64,000 nucleotides of DNA from the human T2T-CHM13v2.0 reference genome, Homo sapiens. This document shows, piece after piece, positions 19,336 through 39,315 of this stretch. Position 1 is the stretch's first letter; each line of letters opens with the position of its first letter. The stretch lies in assembly GCF_009914755.1 (NCBI RefSeq), contig NC_060929.1; one strand, written 5' to 3'. Under the pieces are notes generated by a model. It ran no database searches and was not told where the DNA came from. It worked only from the letters and a program-made list of their open reading frames with translations. The position numbers and the translations under genes were made by a program.

Positions 19336-19520
19336 CAACGATTGGCAAACTATGGTATGTGGGCCAAGTCCAATAACTAAGAATTACTTTTTTTAAAAAA
19401 AAGGTTGTTAAAAAGAAACAAAGCAAGAAGAATGTATGACAGAATATATATATGTCCTACAAAGCCTAAAATATTTACTATGTGACTCTTTACAGAAAAA
19501 GCTTGCCAGTCTCCAACCTG
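19336..19520. mobile_element. MER58A-like hAT MITE
   Basis: ttggcaaactatgg..aagcctaaaatatttactat..ctttacagaaaaagcttgcc. Confidence 0.75.
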
Positions 19521-19674
19521 AACCACTAATAGAGGATGTCTTGCAGGTTTGCAGCCCAAAGCATTCCTAATACAAGTACTAATATCTTCATTTTAAAATT
19601 ACAGAAACTGAAGCTTCACTTGGCCAATAGTAGGCTCAATTAGACAATGTAAATACAAATTTGTCATTATTACA

Positions 19675-19962
19675 TTATTTATTTATTTTCTTTGTGAGAC
19701 AGAATATCGTATATCACAGCTCACTTCAGCCCAAACTTCCCAGGCTCAGGCGATCCACCCACCTCAGCCTCCAGAGCAGCTGGGGACTATAGGCACATGC
19801 CGCCATGCCTGGTTAATTTTTTTGTTTGTTTGTTTGCTTGCTTATTTTGTAGAGATAGAGTTTCACTATGTTGTCCAGGCTGGTCTCAAACTCCTGGGCT
19901 CAAGCGATCTGCCCGCCTTGGCCTCCCAAAGTGCTGAGATTACAGGCATGAGCCACTGGGCC
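19675..19962 (-). mobile_element. AluJ (internally deleted)
   Basis: gagacag..gcctcccaaagtgctgagattacaggcatgagccac. Confidence 0.85.
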
Positions 19963-20080
19963 TGGACCATTATTTTAATTCATTGTAAAGTTAAGCCAAA
20001 TTGAGGCATCATAAAAACATTCAACAAACTTTTCTGTCCCGTAGGGCTTCAAATAATATTTCTATTCTAGGCTTGATTTT

Positions 20081-21073
<993 letters not shown>

Positions 21074-21696
21074 TCAAAATAGACAAAGCCTCCTGATGAA
21101 ACACAATGTATTCAGTAGATAATTTCAAAAGGGGCCAGACTGTCCCAACACTACCTAGAGCACTGAGGCATTTCCTGCACTAGGAAATCAAACCTAGAGA
21201 CTCCAATGAGGAAAAGACATTACAGAAAAACATTACGTAAACATACTCATTGATGTGATAAATTACCTCTTCTACATGCTGAAATAGTTCTTGTACTTCC
21301 TGCTGACTCACTCAGAGGGAATTCTCAGTGTAAAATATTCAAAGCTTTCCTCCTTTAACTCTATGCCCCAGGTTAATACTAGCATTCTCAGTGGGGCTAA
21401 CATGTTCTGTACTACCTTAGTAAAGGGTTTAAATATTGACCAACTGATGTATACTGAGAAAGTCAGGTCCAGAAGATGACACACAGAGCCCATTGCAGAA
21501 AGCCCATGAGTGTTGTACAAGTCACAATCAACCACCCCGCAACATCTAACCATGGAGCTAGGATTGAACATTGAATCACTAGCAGGGCCTGACTTTTCTC
21601 AGTTGATCCAACCAGCATTTATTTGCTTTATATCCCAATGCCTATCCCAGTGCCTGACACATGGTAGGTGGTCAGTAAGAAATGCGAGCCCTCAAT

Positions 21697-24600
21697 CTAC
21701 ACCCAGTACTGGTTGTGCTTCAGTGTTGGGTTGGTTTGTCGGCAGAGTTTGACCAGGTTCATCCATGTCTCCCAAGCAGCACATTTGTCCACTGGCTCGG
21801 CCACTGGAGAAGACATTTGTTCACACTGCAGGGCCCTGAAAAGACAGACTGGGGGGCTGCTGGAGCTTTGCAGAAGGGGTGTCACTGTGACAGTGGGAAC
21901 TTTATGCTCCTTTGTGGCCTATGACTTGGGGTTGTGTGTTCCGGATTGGTCTGGGGCTTGATAAGGGGTTTTGCCTTTTCTACCTTCTGGCTCAACAACC
22001 AGACACACATGGCCACTGCAGCCACTTTCAGCACGAAGACCACGGCAGCCAAGGGTATGATGACCATCAGAGGGTAACTGCTCTCTCTGGGCTGTGTGGG
22101 TGCCCAAAAGCTGACTATTAGTGGTGGCTGGTGGCCAAATGACCTTGATGGCAGAAACTCTGCCATCCACACTGGGCTCTTCACCACTGTGCTGTCCCCA
22201 GGGATCTGCTTTCTGCCATCTGGTCTGGGTCAGTTTCCCTAAAGTTTCTGTCTGTGCCACAAGTCTTGAGGAAATCATAGGCTTTTCCTGAGAGAGAACT
22301 GGGGTTACAAGGTTGTCTCCAGTGACAAATAAAGGAACACCTGGTGTAAATGTTTGGAAAAGTGAGGGGTCAGGTGGCACTATGGTGAAGGGGAGATAAC
22401 ATATCACTGGCTGTACATGATCTGGCCTGAGCAAGAAAGTGAAGAAGTCATTCAGCATCCCCATGCCTGTGGGTGGAATACCAGCCACCCTTGGTCAATG
22501 TCCCTCTGAGTGAATACAGTAGCCTCTTCTATCACTGTGCTGTAGAACCCCTCTTCATCCCAGCCTTCTATGTACAGGGGGCTCTGTCACTTCAAATTTG
22601 GGATCACTGTCAGTCATATTAGCAAGCTCGATAGTATCGGGCGAAATTCATCCCAAATATTTCACATAGGTTCTTTTCTATTTTCCCTAAGTGTCGGCCA
22701 GTCTGAGAAATAAAGGGACACAGTACAAAAGAGAGAAATTTTAAAGCTGGGTATCCAGAGGAGACATCACTTGTCAGCAGGTTCCATGATGCCCCCGAGC
22801 CATAAAACCAGCAAGTTTTTATTAGTGATTTTCAAAAGGGGAGGGAGTGTACGAATAGGGTGTGGGTCACAGAGATCACATGCTTCACAAGGTAATAAGA
22901 TATCACAAGGTAAATGGAGGCAGGGCAAGATCACAGGACCACAGGACCAGGGCAATATTAAAATTGCTAATGAAGTTTCGGCCACGCATTGTCATTGATA
23001 ACATCTTATCAGGAGACAGAGTTTGAGAGCAGACAACCGGTCTGACCAAAATTTACTAGGCAGGAATTTCCTCATCCTAATAAGCCTGGGAGCACTACGG
23101 GAGATGGGGGCTGATTTCATCCCTCAGCTACGACCATGAAAGACTACCATCCCCAAAGTGGCCATTTCAGAGGTCTCCCCTCAGGGATGCATTCTCTTTC
23201 TCAGGGATGTTCCTTGAGAAATTCAGTGATATTTCTCCCATTTGCTTTTGAAAGAAGAGAAATATGGCTCTGCTCCACCTGGCTCACTGGCAGTCAGAGT
23301 TTAAGGTTATCTCCCTTGTTCCCTGAACATTGCTGTTATCCTGTTCTTTTTTCAAGGTGCCCAGATTTCATGTTGTTCAAACACACATGCTCTACAAACA
23401 ATCTGTGCAGTTAACGCAATCATCACTGGGTCCTGAGGTGACATACATCCTCCTCAGCTTAAGAAGATGATGGGATTAGGAGATTAAAGTAAAGACAGGC
23501 ATAGGAAATTGCAAGGGTATTGATTGGGGAAGTGATAAGTGTCCATGAAATCTTCACAATTTATGTTCAGAGATTGCAGTAAAGACAGGTGTAAGAAATT
23601 ATAAAAGTATTAATTTGGGGAACTAATAAATGTCCATGAAATCTTCACAATTTATGTTCTTCTGCCATGGCTTCAGCCGGTCCCTCTGTTCGGGGTCCCT
23701 GACTTCCTGCAACACGGTAGCATCTAGGTCCCTTCTTCTCAGCTGATGAGCCACTCTGTCGGCAATTTTCAGGTTTGGCATAACCCGCAGTAAAGGCTGC
23801 ACTCTGATGTTCAGTGTTTGTCCTGTCAGGTTGCTTTCTGATGTAAACAGTGAGAACTGTAGCTGGTCCTGTGTGGCAGTGAGATTTGTCATGTGATAAA
23901 AGAGTCTTCCTGAATCCAAATCTTCCTGTCCAAAGTTGGTGACCACCTGGTTTTCAATCAGCAGGTGCCCATGTTGGAGGGGCCATGTTATCATGTAAGT
24001 GATTTGGGGGTTCCTCCCATTGGTCATGGCTGACAGGTGAGCATTGGTGATGGGGATGGTTGTCTGGCCTTGTGGGAGAAGTAGGTCAGTAAGGTTCACA
24101 ATGCTGATGGAGATGGGAATGACATCCAGGTGGAAGAGTTTATAGAGGGTGTGGTGTGCACCATCTGTCACACTAAAGTAGAACATTCCAGAGGAAGGGC
24201 TTCCATCCTGTATGAACCACACCTGAGAGTTATCAATGTCAGCTTGTGTAAAATGGTGAACAGCTGTGTCCAGAAGGTAAGCCATTGCCAAAAAGCCATT
24301 ATTAGGATTACGGATGATCATATATCTGATTTCATCTGGAGGACTGTCCAGATCTTCCATTTTCAGATGTTCAGGTCCCACAGCCAACCTACTGCCCTGC
24401 AGAACTTTCAACTGAAGCCCCTTTGTCTTTAATTCTGGTGCCTGGTCATTATAATAATATTACCTGGAGAGATGGTGATATTAAACATCTCTTCAAGAAA
24501 GTCAGCTTCTGGCTTGGGTGGACTTGCTCTTTTGGTTTGGCCAAACGACAAAGGTAAAATTATCAGCCAGTGATTCAGAGTCATCATGAATGTATGTAAT

Positions 24601-24905
24601 TCCAAATTATTTCTTTACACGTCCTCTTTCTCCAGGTCTCTTCTATTTTATCTCATAAGCTTAAACAGTTGTACTGGGAGAAGGATGACAACTTAGCTTT
24701 AAAGTTGTATACTGGTAGAAACTGGGTTTACCTTTGGTAATATTTCTTTTTCCAACCATAATTGTTCTGTGATGAGGAAGAGATGTCACTTGGAACCAAA
24801 TTTCACAGGACGAGCACTGAGATTCAGGCAATTTAAATAAGAGGTTGGAGGCATCTAACTTAAATCGGCCAATTAGAACCTTGTCTCCCTCCTTGACAGA
24901 AGCTC
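21697..24905 (-). pseudogene. CSPG4BP: CSPG4-paralogue last coding exon (exon 10 equivalent), interrupted by a MER11 LTR and a 99-bp insertion
   Basis: Acceptor ttctttctgttttaacag|GA gives GASVKEGDKVLIGRFKLDASNLL. ORF pieces 24661-24981, 23623-24411, 21919-22488, 21882-22187 (TM) and 21697-21885 (QYWV*) are separated by stops and frameshifts. Confidence 0.9.
22635..23714 (-). mobile_element. MER11 (HERV-K11/HML-8) solo LTR
   Basis: The minus strand starts TGTTGCAGGAAGTCAGGGACCCCGAAC..CATAAATTGTGAAGATTTCATGGAC and ends ..gaatttcgcccgata. 6-bp TSD cgatag/cggtag (22629-22634, 23715-23720). Confidence 0.92.
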
Positions 24906-25418
24906 CTGTTAAAACAGAAAGAACAAATTGGCAATTCATTAGAACTTTTAGATGACAACTGTAAAGCTCTTTTTCCCTCAAATTTGTCTTAGTGGATTAC
25001 TTGTAACACTTTGGTTGCTCAAGTACTTGAATTAGCATTGCTACCCAAGGCATATTAAATAAATACATTTTAAATACACACATTCACACACAATTAAGCC
25101 AACATTTCAGGCAACTGAGCTTTAAAATCTTTTATATTTATTTATAAAATGTTAATTTCATAATTTATCTACTACCGGACTTTCTCTTGCCATGGAAACA
25201 TGCAGCTTTCAATACCCCTTTCCTTTTAAGAACTTACCCTATTTGTCATTTTCATTTTCTATCCACAGTTTTCTGTCATGGGCACAGTGAAGTCCCCACT
25301 TGGAGGTGCAAATAAAATTCTTTAAAGCTAAGTTGTCATCCTTCTCCCAGTACAACTGTTTAAGCTTATGAGATAAAATAGAAGAGACCTGGAGAAAGAG
25401 GACGTGTAAAGAAATAAT
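24606..25418. repeat. Perfect 99-bp inverted repeat (24606-24704 / 25320-25418) with a 615-bp spacer
   Basis: A base-by-base reverse-complement comparison shows no mismatch over 99 bp. Confidence 0.95.
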
Positions 25419-25554
25419 GTTTTATAACTGTTTAAGCTTTATTTCAAAGGTTGATATCATGGCATTGACAATTAACAAGGGAAAGATTTATTTCCAAACT
25501 CTCCCTACTTTAATAATTATAGATTAGGCACTGCTCATATCATGGTGGCATTAC

Positions 25555-25738
25555 CTGTATTTGCAAGCAGACAACTCTGCTGACCAGGCTCATTGATATC
25601 ATATGAAATAGTAATACAGAATTCCTCGGGTCCCAGGGCTGCTGATGGGGAGGAGGCCGTGAATGTAAAGGAATCTTCCGCAGTCCAGCCAGTGTTCTCA
25701 CAGTCTATGTGCTGGTATAATATCAACCCTTCACTGAC
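25555..25738 (-). pseudogene. CSPG4BP: CSPG4-paralogue exon (exon 9 equivalent), 184 bp, open frame
   Basis: Acceptor tttctcttactgtttggtcag|GTC and donor ACAG|gtaatg. Peptide VSEGLILYQHIDCENTGWTAEDSFTFTASSP..LLANT(G) versus CSPG4 VYAGNILYEH..WEAHDTLELQLSSP..LWKNKG. Confidence 0.87.
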
Positions 25739-26161
25739 CTGACCAAACAGTAAGAGAAATTAGCTCCTGGTTTCAGGGGTGATACAAGGATTGACATATA
25801 TCCTAACTGGAAGAGATACATGTCCTTTGAGAGTTCACTTTACTCATGCTCAAATTATTGCACATAGCCATCTAAATTCAGAAACATTAAAAATGTAGTA
25901 ACTTATTTTTCCAACCTAGGGGATTCTATTATAAAAATGATCTATTCACCAGAAAAAGAAAAGCACATTGATTTTGAGACAACTAATGTCTAAGGTATTT
26001 GTATAATATTATAGAAAGTTTATAAGAAACTTGTACTTAACTTGCCAGAAGATTCAACAATAATCAACTCAGAATAAGTCTTGTTGCATATATACTCCTA
26101 CCCACTTTTCTGCCCCATAGATTATTTTGAATCAAATCACAGACATCATATCATTTCATCT

Positions 26162-26585
26162 TGCTATGAAATGTCTGAATGTTGGTCCCCTCCAAAACTC
26201 GTATTGAAACTTAGTCCCCATTGTGGCAGTATTGAGAGGTGGGGCCTTTAAGAGGTGATTGGGTCATGAAGGTTCTGCTCTCATGAATGAATTAACCCAT
26301 TCATAGACTAATGGGTTAATGGGTTAGTGGGTTATCATGTAAGTGGGACTGGTGGCTTTATAAGAAGAGGAAGAAAGACCTGAGCTAGAACACTCAGCTC
26401 CCTCATGATGTGATGCCCTGCACTGCCTTGGAATTCTGCAGAGTCCCCACCAGCAAGAAGGCCATCACCAGATGTGGCCCCTCAACATTAAACCTCTCAG
26501 CCTCCATAACTGTAATAAATTCTTTTTCTTTATAAATTACCCATTTTCAGATACTTTGTTATAAGCAATAGAAAATGGACTAAGA
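26162..26585 (+). mobile_element. MST-family (MSTC-like) MaLR LTR; its last bases are displaced to ~32770 by the L1
   Basis: Starts tgctatg.., contains gagaggtggggcctttaagaggtgatt, and ends ..gaaaatggactaagaca, which is split by the L1 TSD. Confidence 0.8.
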
Positions 26586-32751
<6,166 letters not shown>

Positions 32752-32771
32752 AGAAAATGGACTAAGACACA

Positions 32772-33560
32772 TCAATAAATGCTTTAGTAAGTATTGGTTA
32801 ATGATGACTCTTAAAAACATAACCATAATACCATGATCACACCAAAATATTACAAATAATTACTTAGTATTTTCAAATATCCAAATGTTCAAATGTATCT
32901 GGTAATCTAGTACTTGTCTTTTTTTTTTTCACTAGTTGCACTGTTGAGTCAGGATCCTAAGTCCACATCACATTTGTTTGATACTTCTCATAGATGTCTT
33001 TTCATCTATGGGTTCCTCTTCTCTAATTTTTCTTGGAATTTGTTTGTTGAAGAAATTGGGCTGTCTGTCTTGAGAGTTTCCCACATTCTGGATTTTGCTG
33101 ACTCCATCCCTGGGATGTTGTTTCGCATTTCCTCTCACCTCTGTATTTCCTACGTACTGGTAGTTAAATCTAGAGACTTAATAGGAATCAGGTTCAACTT
33201 TTGGATAAGAGTATTTTACAGGTTGTATTTTATATTTTCTCTTGCTTCTCATTGCAAAGCAAAATATTAGGTTGCTTCTCTCTTGGATATGTTAAGATTG
33301 ACAGGTAGATTCAAGTGTTGGCAGGTTGGTCCTTCTATTTTAAGGTTCTCCATTAGCCTGTCACCTAATAGATTTAAAGAGTCATTGATACCATTGCCTA
33401 AATCCATTATTGTTGCAGTGGCAAAACACTGATATTCTTTTATCATTTCTTCTTTATTATCTGGAAGTCTTTTATAAGAAAGAACTTTCCTTCATCTGCC
33501 ATTTGGTTATAGTGAGGTACAGGAAAGACAGGATAAATGCTTGATTCTTTCCCTTTATGT
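32772..33560 (-). mobile_element. Old L1M 3'-region fragment (continues at ~26075-26160)
   Basis: T-rich L1MC/MD-like sequence on both sides of the MST plus L1PA nest. Confidence 0.55.
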
Positions 33561-35758
33561 ACCAAACTTTAATCACAGAAGGGAAGGCTACAGACAAAAT
33601 ATTTAGCCCTTAGTTTCTATGGGTCACTTCTTTTTCTGACCTGCTAGCTATTATAATACTCTGAGTTTACAGATGTGTTTTGCCAAGGTATTCTATGTCC
33701 AGTTCAAACATGCCTAAGATAAACTATCATGTAATTTACAGAGCAGTTGAGTCCACCTCATCAATCAATATCTAGAAATGCTATAGTAACTAACAGAAGT
33801 TTGGGTCTCTGAATATATGTTGCTTTGGCTCAATACTGATACAGAGGCTATATCTTCATCTCGAGTTCTAGAAAGGCTTTTGGTCTGGTGAGTTTCCATG
33901 GAAGATAAGCTCCCTGTCCCAAAGTAGCCAAAAACTGTTGGTGAGGAGTTCTTTCATTCTTAGCCCATTCAAGAATGAGGCAAGGAAATGCTGTCTTTTG
34001 AGGGTTTTAAATGGGAAGAAGAAAGAAAAATATTATCTCTAAACATTACCTTATAGAGAAACAAGGTTACTCAGGAGAAATTGAAGTTTCTCCAAATATA
34101 GCAATTTCTGGTACTAATGAGTGATTCAGTTCCCCAGCAGTTCCTGGGAAAGAAAGTCTGCTTTATTTGGCAGCCCTAGCATTTCAATTCCTAGCTTAAG
34201 ATTTATGGTTAGTCATAAATGCATTTCCCCTCCCAGAAACAGGTGACTGTGCCATGAATTTTGGACCAGAGGATGCTTTTTATTCAGCTTGAGAGAGGCA
34301 TCATATTATAAAGCAAAAAAGATCCATTTCCCTAAGATGAAAAGTAGCATAGTCTATTAACCAGGAAGAAAGATTTTCTTGGAAGCTGGTCAACCTTGTC
34401 CTTTGGTATAAGTGAAAATTAGCTTCCCTGAAAAATATATAAGAAGTTGTTAGAATAATCTAAGGATCTTCCGACGTCCGTGGTACAGAGAGTGATTGTC
34501 CCAGGAAAGGGATAGTGCTCACAGACAATTGAGATGAAAGTCAGAAATCTTCTGAGGGAAGAGACTGGGGAAGAGTTCTAAACATAGCTTTGTATTTCAG
34601 GAGCCTAGTGGAGGAGAGATCTGTTATAGGTTCTATTTTTAAAAAGGCATTTCAAGAGTATGAAATTAAGTGTGAATAACTAATTGCCTAATTTTACCCT
34701 GGAGAGTGACAGAGAGAATTTAATTAGATGCATCTTGAGTATCTGGACTTTAAGACTGGATAGGGCATTACTGAAAGTGCTGAGCTAGAAATAAAAGGGA
34801 CTAAGGGTGCCTGTGGAATGTGCACTTGCTGGCCATGCCCTGAAAGAGGTTTGCAGGTGAGTAGGTTCTTTAATGTTCAGAAGAGAGCTTTTCCTTCTGC
34901 AGCTTTAAGAGCCAGGTTCCAAGGGGTGTGTGTGTATTAAGGAGAAGGCCAGGAAAGGCAGAATGAGACCAAGACTTCAGGAGAAAAAGTATAGGGTAAA
35001 CCTGAAGAGAGAAGGATCTAAGAGAGGATTAGGAATTTTGTCACCTAAAATAGAAAATGGCCTTAGGAACAATTTCCAACAGCTCTACATATTTCCATGG
35101 TATTAAATATGGATAGATAAGCCACTTAGCTGAATACCTGGGCTCTGGGGTTAGGGAGAGGAGAGAAGAGAGGTTTTTATTTCTTATGGATTTAATTTAG
35201 CCCAGATATTTTCTCTTTAACAGATGAAATCTTTCTGGAATGTTGTTAGAAAACCAACGGTGTTGGATTTCAACTAATAAACATAGTAGGAAAAACAAAA
35301 TGAGAAAAATCGACATTTGGCAACCTCTGCAACAATAAACATTTCAGGCAAGAATCCTAAAACTAGTGGGTGAAAATGTGATGAGAAACAAGCTATTTAA
35401 ATCTTTCCAAAGTGTCTCCTCACATATTTATTAATTACAAAGGGGAGAACAGTACCTTCAAGTGGATAAACCTGAAAGCAACACCTGACCAAGTGACAGA
35501 GGTAAACATCCTCAGTCCTGGGCAAAGTGAGCCTTAGGGCCTCTGATGGGAAGCTCTGAGAACCCAGCAGCTCTCCCAGTATTCCTGCCCCAAAGGCACA
35601 ACCTAAATAGATCTGATCATAAGGAAACAGGATAAAACACCAGGTAAGACCAGACTGAGGGATATTCTACAGAGAACTGTCCTGTACCTAGCAAGAAAAT
35701 GGCAAGTTCATGAAAGGGAACGTGACTGAGGAATGATTCCAGCTTGAAGGAGACTAAA

Positions 35759-36395
35759 TGTCAGAGGCATTCAAACCAGAACAACTCCATCTTGAGTAGG
35801 GGCTGGGTATAAAATAAAGCTGAGACCTGTTGGGCTGCATTCCCAGGAGGTCAGGCATTCTTAGCCACAGGATGAGATAGGAGGTCGGCACAAGACACAG
35901 GTCACAAAGACCTTGCTGATAAAACAGGATGCAGTAAAGAAGCTGGCCAAAACCCACCAAAACCAAGATGGCAATGAAAGTGACCTCTGATTGACCTCAC
36001 TGCTCATTATATGCTGATTATAATGCATTAGCATGCTAAAAGACACTCCCACCAGTGCCATGACAGTTTACAAATGCCACAGAAATGTCTGAAGTTACCA
36101 TATATAGTCTAAAAAGGGGAGGGGCCCTCAGTTTTGAGAACTCTCCACCCCTTTCCCAGAAAACTCATGAATAATCCACCCCTTATTTAGCATATGAGCA
36201 AGAAATAACTATACGTATATTCAGTCAGGCAGCCATTGCTGCTGCTCTGCCTATGGGGTAGCCATTCTTTCATCCCTTTACTTTCCTAATAAACTTGCAC
36301 TCACTTTACTCTATGGACTCGGCCTCAAATTCTTTCTCGCTCGAGGTCCAAGGACCCTGTCTTGGGGTCTGGATTGGGATCCCTTTCTGGTAACA
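35759..36395 (+). mobile_element. MER41B-type solo LTR (ERV1)
   Basis: TGTCAGAGGCATTCAAACCAGAACAACTCCATCTTG..GGTAACA, 637 bp, with a 4-bp TSD taaa on both sides. Confidence 0.9.
36153..36161. promoter_or_regulatory. GAS (STAT) motif TTCCCAGAA within MER41B
   Basis: Matches TTCN3GAA at the MER41B tandem-GAS position. The upstream partner (~36132-36140, TTTTGAGAA) is degenerate. Function not shown. Confidence 0.45.
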
Positions 36396-37138
36396 TAAAG
36401 ACATGGGAGAATTAAACGCTACGTTTTATGCTGTGGACTTTTTCTTTTGCTAGAAAAAAATTTACTGAAACAACTTGTGAAATTTCAGTAAGGTCTATAA
36501 ATTATGTAATAGTATTGTGGCAATGTGAATTTCATGGGTTTGAAAATTATACTGTGATTCTGTAAGAGAATGGCGTTATTTCCAGGAAAAACACACTGAA
36601 ATATTTAGAGATAAAGGGGCATGGCAGCAACTGGCTCTCAAAGTCTCCGAAATGTGTTTGTGTATGTAAAGAGAAAAATGATAAAGCAAATGTGGTTAAA
36701 TGCTAACATTTGGGGAATATGGATGAATATTATACATGAATTCTTTGTACTCTATTACAATTCTTCTGTAAGTCTGAAGCTCTTTCAAAATAGTTAGAAC
36801 ATGATACTTTAAAAAGTAAACTTCATAATGTTTTACTACATCAACTTCAACTTCAAGAAGGGACAAGTAATCCCTCTTCTCTGATGACTCAGAGTATGCA
36901 GAATGGGGGAGGGAGACCCACTCACAAATGCCTTGGACACTTAAAAATCAATAAGTAATTTTAAGATCAAGATATAGGGTCTAGTTGGTCCCCATACCTG
37001 CCCCATCTCACCACCACCACCCAGCTGCCTCCTCTAACCTAGGCCATTTCACTAAGACTTTAACGAGGCTGTAATCCTGCCTTGCCTATGAAAGGGTGGA
37101 TATGTGGTTCCAAATCCTACAACTTCCCAGAGTAGTGC

Positions 37139-37826
37139 TGTTACAGGTAGTTAGGCATTAGCGGGGCAGGAGAGGGCTCTCCCCGACAACCCACTAGAAA
37201 TGCCAGGTGATGGCTCGGCAATTATTGCATTGCCTCTCTAAAAGTGATAAATTGGCAGCTGGCACCAGGGAGAGGCCATTTCCTGATGGTCCACACCTGT
37301 TAATGTTAAAGTGTTCAAGAAAAGCAGATCCCAGGGAGAAGAAACTTCCCGGGCATGCATATTAAGAGACAAAAATGGCAAAGTATGGTCTTCAGGGCAC
37401 TCCACCACAAAAAGGAAAAAAGCCTCAGATGGACATGGGTACAACTTCCTAAGCACACTGCATGTGTTCAGTTCCCAAGGGTAAGGAAGGGACTACACAT
37501 GCAGGAAGCCCACCCTAAGGAAAGAATTATGGGAAAGAGGCGAGCCTATAGAGCCCTAGGATCAAGGTAAGTGTCCCTTTTTTCTCTCTTTGACCTTCAG
37601 GTGCCCACTTGGATCTCTTTCAAAGATTATTTCCTTTCTTGTCTGTTCTAAAACCTTTTTAATAAACTTCCACTCCTGCTCTGGAACTTGCCTCAGTCTC
37701 TTTTTCTGTTTTATGCCCCTCAGTCAAATTATTTCTTCTGAGGAGGCAAGGCCTAAAGATGCCACAAATGTGTACAGATTCACCACCAGTGATTTGGGGT
37801 GACTCAGATCTCTTCCACTGCTAACA
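37139..37826 (+). mobile_element. MER50-like solo LTR (ERV1)
   Basis: TGTTAC..gcggggcaggagagggctctcccc..aaaagtgataaattggcagc..TAACA, with a 4-bp TSD gtgc on both sides. Confidence 0.8.
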
Positions 37827-38978
37827 GTGCTTTCATTTGAAGGGGCAATATTATAATATCCCTCAGATCTCTGAGATTTAAACTCTCTGGATCTCATATC
37901 CTTGATGTCTAGGGAACCACAAAGAAAACCATTTGTTAATGCAGGGTAGATTTTGAATCTTGGATTGATCAGATCTAAATTCAAGTATAAATGTCACCAA
38001 TTTTCAGCTCTGTGACCTTTGTGCAAGTCACTTCATCTCTCTGAGCCTCAATTTGTGCATTAAAATATGGAATAATAACTCACTTGTAGATATGCATTTG
38101 ACTAAATTGGTCTATTGCATATCAGTGTTCAAAAAAATGCAGGCCCTGGGCATTTCTAGGTCTTTCAAGAAAGCTAAGTTCTCACCAACCAATTCCTTAC
38201 TGGAACATCAGAGGATTCTGGTTAAGATGGGAGGCTATAGTCTTTTTTATACTGAATCATGGATGTGAATATTAAGCAATTAGAAAGTTCTAAAATATGC
38301 CTAATAAAATATTTTCCCATAAAAATGAAGGAAATTATAGGCTAAAATCTTGGCACATTGCAAAAGCTTACTTCTGGTTGCTTTGTAAATAAGTATTTGT
38401 TCACTATTCTAAAAATATTTGCCAAATGGACAAATAAACTACTTTAAAAGTGCCATACAAATCTAAAGTATATACATTTTTTATCATGAAGAAGAATTAA
38501 GGCCATCTAGCATATTTCTTATTCATTTATTTAACAAAATCACCTAGACAACACCTAACTTTTATTGAGTCCTAAACACAAATTCCAGGTGCTCTATGAG
38601 CCGCTTTATATAATTTATAATTCATGCATAGACAATAAGTTGGAGAGCCTAGTTTTGAACCTAGCCCTGCATGACTCCAGAGTTCACACCTTCTTGATTA
38701 CCTAGGAGCCATGCCTACAGTATGGAAAATTCAGTGAAATTCTAGGCAGCAAAGAATTTCACAAGATATGCTCTCCAACTCCAAGAACCCTGGTAATGTG
38801 GAAAGTCAGTTGCAAGTATGAGTAGGGCAGACTAGTGCCCTTTTTTGGTCTGGCCTGAAAACAACATAGTCACTATTGGCCAGGGCTTGTCCAGACTTGT
38901 AATGACTCAAATACATGGCTCATTTTATGTATTGTATTTATTACAAATGGCAAATTAAAGAAAGGCTGTATTCCCATT

Positions 38979-39030
38979 CTACTATACTATACTATACTAT
39001 ACTATACTATACTATACTATACTATACTAT
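38979..39030. repeat. (CTATA)n pentanucleotide repeat next to an Alu tail
   Basis: About 10 tandem ctata units. Confidence 0.92.
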
Positions 39031-39032
39031 AA

Positions 39033-39315
<283 letters not shown>

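Larger units (their letters stand above)
35250..36795 (+). mobile_element. Old L1MC/ME-type 3'UTR interrupted by MER41B
   Basis: Typical end ..gaattctttgtactctattacaattcttctgtaagtctgaa..tttcaaaat. The sequence continues across the LTR. Confidence 0.6.

Noticed and set aside
23623-24411. 262-aa ORF as a standalone protein-coding gene
   Set aside because: It is an internal fragment of the pseudogene's last exon, with a non-ATG start, running into LTR sequence.
24705-25319. Spacer between the 99-bp inverted repeats as an existing micro-inversion
   Set aside because: The exon acceptor and coding frame inside it have the same orientation as the rest of the gene.
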